Shown: one piece after another, positions 14,306 through 25,068 of the stretch
Layout: each line of letters opens with the position of its first letter
Numbering within the stretch: position 1 is the first letter of the stretch
Source of the DNA: Guillardia theta CCMP2712
Lineage: Eukaryota; Protista; Cryptophyta
Length of the DNA: 64,000 nt
Reading direction: 5' to 3'
Assembly: GCF_000315625.1 (NCBI RefSeq)
Contig: NW_005434660.1
Location: 804,738-868,737, forward strand
The notes under the pieces: generated by a model
Database searches by the model: none
The model's input: the letters and a program-made list of their open reading frames with translations, nothing else
Told to the model about the DNA's origin: nothing
Translations under genes and position numbers: made by a program

Positions 14306-17300
14306 ATGCAGAGCAGTGATCCTCCCTCCTCCCCACAAGATCAACACAGTGACTTGTCCCTCCAAAAAACATTGATCATCACCAAGGAAGAGCTCCAAAG
14401 AAAGCACGATCGAATTTGTGAATCGGACGACGACGATGACAGACCTGTACGCCCGAAGAAAAAGCAGAAAGCATCAAGCTCGGAGTCAGATGACTATGAA
14501 GAACAAACAACAAGCAATGCTGCCAATGCCTCCAATCCTGTGTGTTCGATTGATACCTCAACTGCAAGCGGTCCTTTAGCAAACTCGAACGTTACTCAAG
14601 TTGCTGAAAGAGGGCCTGTCCATCCACTCGACCAAGCACGGAACGCGGGGGAAATCAACAAGATCTTGAAGGATATGAACATGCCCGGGAACAAGGGCAA
14701 GATCGGGAAGGGGGGTATCAACTCCATCATCCGAGCGATGCAAAGGAACGATGTACAGTTGACTTCAGATACCAGGCTGCGTGCCTTGACGCTGCTGGCA
14801 AACTTGACCGCCAACAACATGAAATACAGGGATGCAGCAGCAGGAGGCATCTCTGCGATCCTGGCAGCAATGCAGACCTGCTCTCAAAACGGGGAAGTGC
14901 AGAGGGAAGGGTGCAAGGCGATTGCGAACCTTGCTCTCAGTGATAACCTCTGGACATTGATGGGGTGGCAGACAGGGTGCATCAAGACTATTGTGAAAGC
15001 CATCAAGGCTTATTCACAGAGAATGGAGGTCTTCACGCAGGCATGCAGGGCTCTGGCGAACTTGGCTGACTCCAACGAGCATGGTAGAATCGAGGTCAGG
15101 GAGGAAGGGGGCATCGACGCAATCATCAAAACAATGGAGGAGCAGCTGGAGGGCGAGAACAACGGGGAAGTACCTGAGCACGCATGCAGGGCGCTGAGGT
15201 GCTTGGCTTTCAACAACGCCGATAACCAGGTCAAGATCAGGGAGGAAGGGGGCATCAAGGCGATCGTGGGGGTGTTGAAGAAGCACTCCAATTATAAACA
15301 GGTATGTGAACAGGCGTGCGGAGCGCTGGGGCATTTGGCTGCAAACAATGACAACGCGGTCAAGATCAGGGAGGAAGGGGGCATCAAGGCGATTGTGGAG
15401 GCGATGCATGAGAACCCAGGCCATGAGGAGGTATATCAGGAGGCATGCAGGGCACTGGGGTACTTGGCTGCAAACAACGATGACAACAGGAACAAGATCA
15501 GGGAGGAAGGGGGCATCAAGGCGATCGTGGGGGCGATGGAGCGGCACAAAAGAAGAAAGGAAGTACAGGAGCAGGCGTGCTGGGCGCTGGGGTGCTTGGG
15601 TACACAAAACGATGACAACAGGAACAAGATCAGGGAGGAAGGGGGCATCAGGGCGATCGTGGGGGCGATGGAGCGGCACAAGGGGAGCAAGGAAGTACAG
15701 GAGCAGGCGTGCTTGGTGCTGGGGTGCTTGGGTACACAAAACGATGACAACAGGAACAAGATCAGGGAGGAAGGGGGCATCAGGGCGATCGTGGGGGCGA
15801 TGAAGCGACACAAGAGGAGCAAGGAAGTACAGGAGCAGGCGTGCAGGGCTCTGGGGTGCTTGGGTACACACAACACGGCAAACAAGGTCAAGATCAGGGA
15901 GGAAGGGGGCATCGAGGCGATCGTGGGGGCGATGGAGGGGCACAAGGGGAGCAAGGAAGTACAGGAGCAGGCGTGCTTGGCGATGGGAAATTTGGCTGCA
16001 AACAGTACAGAAAACGAAGTCAAGATCAGGGAGGAAGGAGGCATCAAGGCGATCGTGGGGGCGATGGAAGGGCACAAGGGCAGCAAGGAAGTACAGCAGC
16101 AGGCGTGCTGGGCGATGGGGCACCTGGCAACCAACAACGATGACAACAGGAACAAGATCAGGAAGGAAGGGGGGATCAAGGCGATCGTGGGGGCGATGGA
16201 GGGGCACAAGGGGAGCAAGGAAGTACAGCAGCAGGCGTGCAGGGCGCTTGCAATCTTGGCTGCAAACAACACGGCAAACAAGGTCAAGATCAGGGAGGAA
16301 GGAGGCATCAGGGCGATCGTGGGGGCGATGGAGGGGCACAAGGGGAGCAAGGAAGTACAGCAGTGGGCGTGCTGGGCACTTAGTAACTTGGCTGCAAGAA
16401 ACGATGACAACAGGAACGAGATCAGGGAGGAAGGGGGCATCAAGGCGATTGTGGAGGCGATTGTGGAGGCGACATGGGAAGCAATGGCAGCAAGGAAGTA
16501 CAGCAGCAGGCGTGCTGGGCGATGGGGCACCTGGCAACCAACAACGATGACAACAGGAACAAGATCAGGGAGGAAGGGGGCATCAAGGCGATCGTGGGGG
16601 CGATGGAGGGGCACAAGGGGAGCAAGGAAGTACAGGAGCAGGCGTGCAGGGCGCTTGCAATCTTGGCTGCAAACAACACGGCAAACAAGGTCAAGATCGG
16701 TGGAGGAAGGGGGCATCAAGGCGATCGTGGGGGCGATGGAGGGGCACAAAGGCAGCAAGGAAGTACAGCAGCACGCTTGCAGGGCGCTGGGAAACTTGGC
16801 TGCACACAACGCCGATAACCAGGTCAAGATCAGGGAGGAAGGGGGCATCAGGGCGATCGTGGGGGCGATGGAGGGGCACAAGGGGAGCAAGGAAGTACAG
16901 GAGCAGGCGTGCTTGGCTCTGGGGTACTTGGTTGCACACAACGCCGATAACGCCTTCAAGATCAGGGAGGAAGGGGGCATCGAGGCTATCGTGGGGGCGA
17001 TGAAGCGACACAAGGGGAGCAAGGAAGTACAGCAATGGGCGTGCTGGGCGCTGGGGCATTTGGCAACCAACAACGAAGACAACAGGAACAAGATCAGGGA
17101 GGAAGGAGGCATCAGGGCGATCGTGGGGGCGATGGAGGGGCACAAGGGGAGCAAGGAAGTACAGGAGCAGGCGTGCTGGGCGCTGAAGCACTCGGCTGCA
17201 CACAACGCCGATAACACGATCAACATCAGGGAGGAAGGGGGCATCAGGGCGATCGTGGGGGCGATGGAGGGGCACAAAGGCAGCAAGGAAGTACAGGAGC

Positions 17301-18437
17301 AGGCGTGCTTGGTGCTGGGGCACCTGGCAACCAACAACGATGACAACAGGGTCAAGATCAGGAGGAAGGAGGCATCAGGCGATCGTGGGGGCGATGGAGG
17401 GGCACAAGGGGAGCAAGGAAGTACAGGAGCAGGCGTGCTGGGCGCTGGGGCACCTGGCAACCAGCAATGCCGATAACCAGGTCAAGATCAGGGAGGAAGG
17501 ACGCATCAGGGCGATCGTGGGGGCGATGGAGGGGCACAAGGGGAGCAAGGAAGTACAGGAGCAGGCGTGCTGGGCGATGGGGCACCTGGCAACCAGCATT
17601 GCCGATAACCAGGTCAAGATCAGGGAGGAAGGGGGGATCAAGGCGATCGTGGGGGCGATGGAGGGGCACAAAGGCAGCAAGGAAGTACAGCAGCAGGCGT
17701 GCTGGGCGCTGGGAATCTTGCCTGGAAACAATGCGGAGAACGAGGTCAAGATCAGGGAGGAAGGGGGGATCAACGCGATCGTGGGGGCGATGGAGGGGCA
17801 CAAGGGGAGCAAAGGAAGTACAGCAATGGGCGTGCTTGGCGCTTAGTATCTTGGCTGCACACAAAGATGACAACAGGAACAAGATCAGGGAGGAAGGGGG
17901 CATCAAGGCGATTGTGGGGGCGATGGAGGGGCACAAGGGGAGCAAGGAAGTACAGGAGCAGGCGTGCTTGGCGCTTAGTACCTTGGCTGCACACAACGAT
18001 GACAACAGGAACAAGATCAGGGAGGAAGGAGGCATCAGGGCGATCGTGGAAGCGATGAAGCGACACAAGGGGAGCAAGGAAGTACAGCAATGGGCGTGCT
18101 TGGCGCTTGCAATCTTGGCTGCAAACAACGAAGACAACAGGAACAAGATCAGGGAGGAAGGGGGCATCGAGGCGATCGTGGGGGCGATGGAGGGGTACTC
18201 GTGGGCTCCAGGTGTTCTGGAGAAGGCTTTTGAATCTTTGTTGACACTGGCTTCCACTTCAAGGAACAGGGTAGTTGTTGTTGTTGTTGGTTATTCATTC
18301 ACACTTTTCTGCAGGACTACATGCGACAGAAGCGCGTGAGATCCTGTGTATCTTTTTTCATGGATGAGTTTCTGCAGAATGCTACCATCCAGGATAAAGG
18401 GAAGAGATTACTTGCCTTGTTGTTACTAGATTTTTGA
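14306..18437 (+). CDS. Large armadillo (ARM) tandem-repeat protein with a putative NLS; frameshifted in this assembly
   Basis: Acidic N-terminus with RPVRPKKKQK, then ~5 diverged ARM repeats, ~20 near-identical 44-aa units (KIREEGGIKAIVGAMEGHKGSKEVQEQACWALGHLATNNDDNRN) and a capping repeat. One intron at 18271-18314 precedes a last exon DYMRQKRV..KRLLALLLLDF*. Indels occur at ~16475, ~16699, ~17360, ~17378 and ~17811. Confidence 0.9.
15495..18195 (+). repeat. 132-bp coding tandem repeat array (~20 units)
   Basis: aagatcagggaggaagg recurs with a 132-bp period (15495, 15627, 15759, 15891...). Confidence 0.95.
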
Positions 18438-18495
18438 TTTTGTGGAATGAGACACATGCAACATACTCATGCATGCAATTTCTGCAATAAAACAA

Positions 18496-19318
18496 TCAAT
18501 GTGTGTTCAATGCAGTTTTGGTACCGAGGCTGCACAACTGTCGCAGATCGGACCTTGTCTTCCTGTGATCCCTCGATGTTTTCAGAAGTTGGATTCTTTT
18601 GGAGTCAAGGAGGGTTCGGTTGGAAGAAATTTGATTGTTTGGAAAGGATGGGCATAAGAGAGATTGAGAAGCCGGGCCATCGTGCTCTTCCACTCGTTGT
18701 CGATATCGGATAGCTCTTTCCTGGTGCGGTCTATCAGGTCTGATCCTGGGGATTTTGAGGGGGGGAGATGAGCGCGTGGTACTTGTTGACGGTTTCTACG
18801 GACAGCCTCAGGCGGCGCAAGAACTCATTTCAGCTGAGCTCAGTTCAGCTCAGCTCAGCTGAGAAGTATGAGGAGGAAGTGTTGGGGGTCGAGATTTCCT
18901 GCATGAGGGTAGAGAGCTGCTTGTTCTTGAGCTTGATAAGGGAGCGGGCGGAATGGATTCAGTTGTTTCGTGTTATACTCTGGGAAGACAACCTTCCAGA
19001 GGGATCTCTTCTTGAGGATTCGGTTCATCAAGGACACTCACGCCGCAGTCAGGGTTAGCTAGCACGGATCATCTGGTGCCTACTGTTGCTCCTGTCGCGG
19101 GTGAGGGTGAAGTAGATGCAGTCGAACAGGCTGAATCTCTTGTCTGGAACAGGCCATTGATTGACCAAGTTCAGGAACAGCTCTCCCACGAATGCTTGTG
19201 AATCGGACCAGAGTCCCGGGCCTTGGCCGGCGTCGCCATCCTGGGTGATGACTCGTGTCGGACTCCCGGAGTCCGTCCGACATGGCAGTTGTGACTCAGA
19301 ACTTGAAGCCCACTCCAC
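18496..19318 (-). pseudogene. Possible degenerate ORF relic of unknown origin
   Basis: Protein-like fragments in shifting frames (..FVGELFLNLVNQWPVPDKRFSLFDCIYF.., ..LKKRSLWKVVFPEY.., ..RKELSDIDNEWKSTMARLLNLL..) are interrupted by stops and a (GCTGA)n-like insertion at ~18830-18862. Confidence 0.3.
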
Positions 19319-20040
19319 ACTGTCACATCAAGTTGATCGGACACTGATTCGCCGCGATTCGCGGCGCCGGGACTATGACTGCGGGCCTGCGCCGGCCCGG
19401 TTCAACGGTTCAACGGTTAGTCACTTTAAGTTAGCGGCCCAATGTTCTCAGTCACTGTCGGTGGGGCCACGGAACAAGCCGCCGCCCGGCAGAGCCCCGG
19501 CAGTCGCCGAGCCTCGGAGGGCAGGCGCTGGGAGGCCTCCTCGGGGCTACTACGGCCTTCAACGGCTCCCGGGCCCAGGCTGCTAGCCTCCTGGCTAGCC
19601 GGCCTCCGGGCCGCGGGCCCGGCCCGGCCGGCGAATCGGATCATCACCCGGCCTTGTGCTAGTACTGAGGGGTAGGGGTGTTCCTCCGGGCTTCAAAGTA
19701 CCCGTCCTGCCGCCGTTTCGAGCATCATGATTTTTGCTCCTACCCCTATTTCCCTATGGAAACGTCAGTATAAGGACTAGGTGGGGTGGTAGCTGCTCCA
19801 AAAAAGGGATGGAAAAAAAAAGTCGAGGCACCAGAAATAGATCCTCCCCCGACCCACCCTACCCCATCCGGGATAGACTGTTGATTCAGTTTGAACCCTC
19901 GTGAGATCACTGATTCGATCTCTGAATAAGGGAGGGGGTGGGGATCAATGATCACCCCTCTTTTGACACTGATCCATCAGTAAGAAATATTGGTGGGTGG
20001 TCTGTTGTATAGGGTGATTTCCAACGAAAGAGAGGATATC

Positions 20041-20085
20041 GGGGTAGGGGGTGAGGGGTGGGGGAGAGGGGTGGGGGTATATATA
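20041..20085 (+). promoter_or_regulatory. G-run cluster (potential G-quadruplex) abutting TATATATA
   Basis: ggggtagggggtgaggggtgggggagaggggtggggg has six runs of 4-5 G and is followed directly by TATATATA (20078-20085), upstream of the small gene at 20424. Confidence 0.55.
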
Positions 20086-20423
20086 CAGGAAGCAGAAATT
20101 GACGCAGTAAGCGCCATGTACGTATGGAGGAATATGAGAAGATGATCTGTTGCATGCTGGAATGGAAATGGGGATCTAACGACCAGGAGGGCTTGGAATC
20201 ATGATGCTTGAATGTCTTCATTGTGTCGGATCACAGAGAATTGTCACGTCTTGTGTTGATGGAGATGCACTTGGGAAAGGACATGGTTTTCTGCGCAGTT
20301 TTCCTCTTTGAACGCTCACTACTGTTCCCTCCACCCTGATCTTGTCAATGAGATTTTGTTGCGTTGATACATATCGTTATGTACTCACATTCGTATCCCG
20401 CATTCTCACCAGCTTTTGGCAGA

Positions 20424-20709
20424 ATGTTCTCCGTCCTCGAGTCTGTTGCTTTTGACACCGGCTATGCTGGCTCCAGCGGCATTCAGCCCCAGTCCTGGGT
20501 GAATGGCAACGGAACCTCCTACATCTACTTCGGATCCGGAGAGTTCGATGGCCAGGGCTCTGGACACGACTACTACGGCACCGTAAGTTGCTTGTTCATG
20601 CGCACTGCGAGTCTCACCTTGTTTGCAGCTCTACATGCCCTCCACCGGCTACGTCAACAACTGCGATGGAGGCCGCTCCCACACCTACTGCGACTACCGC
20701 CAGCAGTAA
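20424..20709 (+). CDS. Small (79 aa) Gly/Tyr/Ser-rich orphan protein starting MFSVL
   Basis: Exons 20424-20582 and 20629-20709 flank a canonical 46-nt gtaag...gcag intron. Codon usage is strongly C-ending. Product: MFSVLESVAFDTGYAGSSGIQPQSWVNGNGTSYIYFGSGEFDGQGSGHDYYGTLYMPSTGYVNNCDGGRSHTYCDYRQQ. Confidence 0.8.
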
Positions 20710-21130
20710 GATGCTCAGTAAAAGCCTTTAAGACAATTTAATCCAGACTGCTTCTCTTGTCTTCTCCGCACACTGATCATCCGAAAGCGCTGTGGTGCCA
20801 TTAGTCACATGATTGACCTGACGTTAATCTCTCAACTATGTGTTCATCACTTTCATGGAGTGTCTCAGTCAACCGTGGTTGTGTGCATATGTTCCCTGTA
20901 TACCACTGTGCGCTTGCTGCAAAGAATACATTCATCCTGTTCATCACAGGAATGATGCGCAACAAACATGATGGGAGCAGGTTGGTGTCAGTAGTTTTTA
21001 TTGTAGCACAAGAGACAGAGCACAGGCTGCTGTCATACAGTTCAGGTCAGAACCACTTCACGAGTTCACTCTAGTTTCACACGAGGTAAGCACTGTTAGC
21101 GTTAGAAGTACAGGAGAAAAAGCAGCTTTT

Positions 21131-21277
21131 TCAAGTCTTGCGCGCGATCTCGGAGAGGCCGATGATGAGGCCGAAGTCGTCCTCTGCTTTCAGGTCCTGC
21201 AGGCCCGCGCGATGATCCTTCCCGCCAAACCTGCGCGGCAGAACATGTGAGATGGTGGCGGCTGAGGAGAAGGAAGG

Positions 21278-21316
<39 letters not shown>

Positions 21317-22974
21317 CGACGACGATCACGACGACGACGACGACGGTGATGGTCATGAAGGTGGTGGTGGTGGCGATTATGATGATGAGGAGGAGTAGGA
21401 TAGAGAAGCTCACGAGGAGTCGTCGACCAAGCAGCTGTAGTCCTCGAGCATGTTGGTGTATGCTAGCGAGTTGAAGCCGGCGATCGGCGAGGCAGGTGCC
21501 TCCCTCCCGTCCTGTGGAGGCACTTTAGATCGCTGATTCCTCCTCTGCTCCCTCAATATTCCTTCGGTCCCTCCAGCTCTTTCCTGTCCTCCTCTGGTCC
21601 CTCCAGCTCTTTCCTGTCCTCCTCTTTCTCCTCTACACCTACACCTCTTTGTCTGCTCTACCACCCCTCATCCACCAGTCGATCCCCTTGCCCCGCTCCT
21701 CGTTCTTTCCCTCCTCCTCACCTCAGCGTCGTCAGGGGAGGGTGAGGGATACTCGTGCAGCAGCGGGAGCCTGCTCACCCTCTCATGGGCAGAGGTCGTC
21801 CTGCTCGTGTGTGTCTCCTTCCCAAAACACTTGAGCATCTTCGTCTCTCCTCCTCCTCCTCCTCCTCCTCCTCCTCCTTCCCCTCCTCGTCCACGTCCTC
21901 GTCCTCCTCTCCCTATCCTCCTCCGCTCCCCCTCCTTCACTCACATAATGATCATCCAGGACAAAGTCAGCCGCGCAGTTGTCCTTGCCAGAGCCATCGA
22001 AGTTCTCGTCCTCGTTGGGCTCGTGCGGCGTGCCCTCGTCCTCGTGCTCCAGCGCCAGCAGCGAGTCGTAGGCATGCAGCGCCTGCTCCTCCCCCACCGT
22101 GGGCTGCACGGAGAAGGTCAGCACGAGATGGCGACGACAAGCAGCAGACCAGATCCATCGGGTCCTTGTTGAAGTTGGAGGAGGTCGAGGAAGAGCCCGC
22201 GGCCTCTGCGTGGGAGTAGTGGCGGGCGAGCAGCTTGGCTGATGGTGAGCCTCGCCGGGCGGAAAGGTGAAGCTCGGGTGCCTTTGAGCAGTTTTCAAGA
22301 GAGGAGGGAGCAAAAGAAAAGAGAGAAGCAGGAAAGGGAAGCCACGAGGGGTCCGAGGAGGAGGAGGAGGAGGAGGAGGAGGGGACAAGCGCACGAAACA
22401 GAACAAAGCAACAAGAGGAGGAAGGGAGAGGGGAAAGATAAGGACACTGAGGGGGAGCGGAGGAAGGAAGGTACCTGCCCCGGTATCTGGACGATCTTGA
22501 AGGAGACGTAGCCCTTGGCCATATCCTCTGCGATCTCTCCTGGCAACGTGAGCTCGACCTTGAGCGATTCGTCTCCTCCTCTTCTCCCGCCCTGCATCCC
22601 GTCCAGCAGGTTCGGCATCGGGATCACATGCGTGACCTCCTCTGTCTCCTCCCTGCCACCATGCGCCGCTGGCCCAGCCCGTCAGCTCCTCCTCCTCCTC
22701 CTCCTCCTGGTAATCTTTCTTCTCCTCCTACTTTTAGTGATCCTCCTCATTGATCCTCCTCCTTCCAGTAATCCTCCTCCTCCTCCTCCTCCTCTCTCAC
22801 CTTTTTGCTCCGTCCTCATCTCAAGATTCTGCCTGAGTTTCTGCTGGAGGATTTTCCTCTCGAGCACACGGCCCTGCTTAGACTGCGTTTAGAAGCGAAG
22901 GGGGGAGAAAGCAAGGCAAGCCATGCAAGGACAGAGATGATGATGGAGATGATGTAGATGGTGATGGTGATGGA

Positions 22975-23015
<41 letters not shown>

Positions 23016-23056
23016 GGAGGAGGAGGAGGAGGAGGAGGAGGAGGAGGAGGAGGAGA

Positions 23057-23135
<79 letters not shown>

Positions 23136-25068
23136 CGATGAGACCTTCGGGATTCCATTGGCATTCAGTCCTCCTGTATGGCTCATGGAAACTTCATCAT
23201 GCCCTTCAGCTCCTCCCTCGTGAGTCGCTCCCATGGTCCTCGGGCTGCGTCCACACATCAGCACCTGCTGCCGGGTAGGCATCCTCCTCCCGCTCCTGCT
23301 CCTGCTGCCTCTACCGAACCACCCCTATCACTACCACCTGGTACCCCCTTGTGCTCAACCCTCGCTTCGCTTCCTGCTCCTCCTCCATCACCTCGCAGCA
23401 ACTGTGCTCGAAGTAGACACGAGGTCGCTGATGTCAGAGTCTTCCGAGAGTTCAGCCTCCTGCTGCTCCTCCCCTTCAGCGAGACACAAGAGACGAAGCA
23501 AGCTCACGTCTCCCTGCTCGCTTGCGGCAGAGCGCGGGCGGTAGCTGAAAGCTTCCAGTCAGCAGAGCAACCTCCTCCTCCATCTTCCATCGCTCACGGC
23601 AAGGTTCTCCTCTCCTGCTCTAAGGCAGCTTTCTTCTCTTGAAGGTGAGCTCGCTCCTCTTGCTGCAAGACAAGTTTCATACCCCTTCCTCCTCCTCCTC
23701 CTCCTCCTCCTCCTCCTTCTCCACCTTCTCGCAAGTCGCCAGCGCTGCCTCGAGCTTGTGTAGGTGCTGCCAACAGGTTCTCAGCGGGCTGACTGTCTGC
23801 TCGTGCTTCCTTGCCTTGTCTATGGACTTAATCTTCCTGTGAGGCCACCTGCAGTTGCTGTTTCAACACAAATCGCTCTCCTTCTCCCCTTTCCCTTGCC
23901 CCTCCCACTCCAGATCCCTTCCTGCTACCATCCTTCCTCCTCCCCTTCCTCTTCCTTTGCCATCCTTTGTCCTCCTCCTCCTCTACCTGTAGATGCCATA
24001 TTGACGGCAAGCCTTCTTCAGCGAAGTCACACATATGCCCAACTCCTTTGCTACAATCTTGACAGCAATCAATCAGAATCGCAGGAGGAAGGAAGGATGG
24101 GAAGGCAGCGTCAGAAGAGACGAGGAGGAAGGAAGGGGAAGGGGAGAGTACAAAGAGCCGTAAGGAGAAGAGAGGAGCGGGTCAAAGGGAAGTGAGCTGA
24201 AAGAGGGCGAGGGAGACAGGGAGGAAGAGTGGAGAGTGGGAGGGAGAGGGCGGGAGTGACAAGGAGGGAGTGACAAGGAGGGAGTGGCAGGAAGAGGGAG
24301 GAAGGAGGGAGAGGGCGAGGGGAATGGGGGGGGAACGGGAGGAGGGAAGAGCTGTTACTTTCTCTGGTAGGTGGAGGAGCTGGACCAATTCTGCATGGGA
24401 TACTTCTTTCAATTCACGGTTCCCCGGCATCGTTTGCTCCTCCACCTACCACGGCGGAGATCTACGAGCAGAATCATCGTTAGCAGACGTCAATCATGGA
24501 GGGAGGAGGAGGAGGAGCAGGAGCAGGAGGACGAGACGTTCGAGGCATTTCCCAACCTTGTCTAGGCCAAAATGGTCGGCATGGTGACCATGTGTGACAC
24601 GTTGATGGTCATGGACTACCAACAGGGTCAGAAGGCTCTCCCTTCCCACACAAACACGCCCGAGGCTTCCTTCCTTTCTACCGCAGCTCCACAACAAATC
24701 CCTACCGCTCGTCTAACACCACACGCTGTGCCTTGCGCGCAGCCCTCGAGGTACTGCGGATCCTAAGTATTCGTGCTGCTTGTGCTCTTCTAGCTTTGTT
24801 CTGGGTGGCGTGCAATCGAAACAAGGAAGTTGGCGTGATATGCGGAATTGAATATCTGAGAAGAGGTTGCCTAGCCTCAACGTCTCTATTCCCAAGAGCA
24901 AGCAGAGGTGAGCTGATAGTTTGATCAAGAGGAAGGTTTGATTAGCGTAAATAGGTAGATGGGACGAGAGGAGCATCGAGGAGGATGAGAGGGAAGAAAC
25001 AACACTCTTACGCCACAAACAAGCTTCGTGGTTGGAAACATGTTCTTGACGGAAAGAGTACGAGCATG
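21131..25068 (-). CDS. Multi-exon hypothetical protein (coiled-coil/acidic segments); start uncertain
   Basis: Coding-like exons are bounded by GT/AG between microsatellite introns (e.g. LHKLEAALATCEKVEKEE.., VLERKILQQKLRQNLEMRTEQK, LKVELTLPGEIAEDMAKGYVSFKIVQIPG). The last exon FGGKDHRAG..IARKT* has its stop at 21131-21133. No family recognised. Confidence 0.55.
22930..23140. repeat. Compound (GAT)n-(GAG)n-(GAT)n intronic microsatellite
   Basis: Directly visible. Confidence 0.95.

Noticed and set aside
15495-18195. CRISPR-like constant/variable periodicity
   Set aside because: The variable parts are homologous, in-frame codons of ARM helix 3; the context is eukaryotic and there are no cas genes.
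15014-18257. Long antisense and alternate-frame ORFs (507, 674, 299 aa etc.) over the ARM array
   Set aside because: They are shadows of a stop-poor 132-bp coding repeat.
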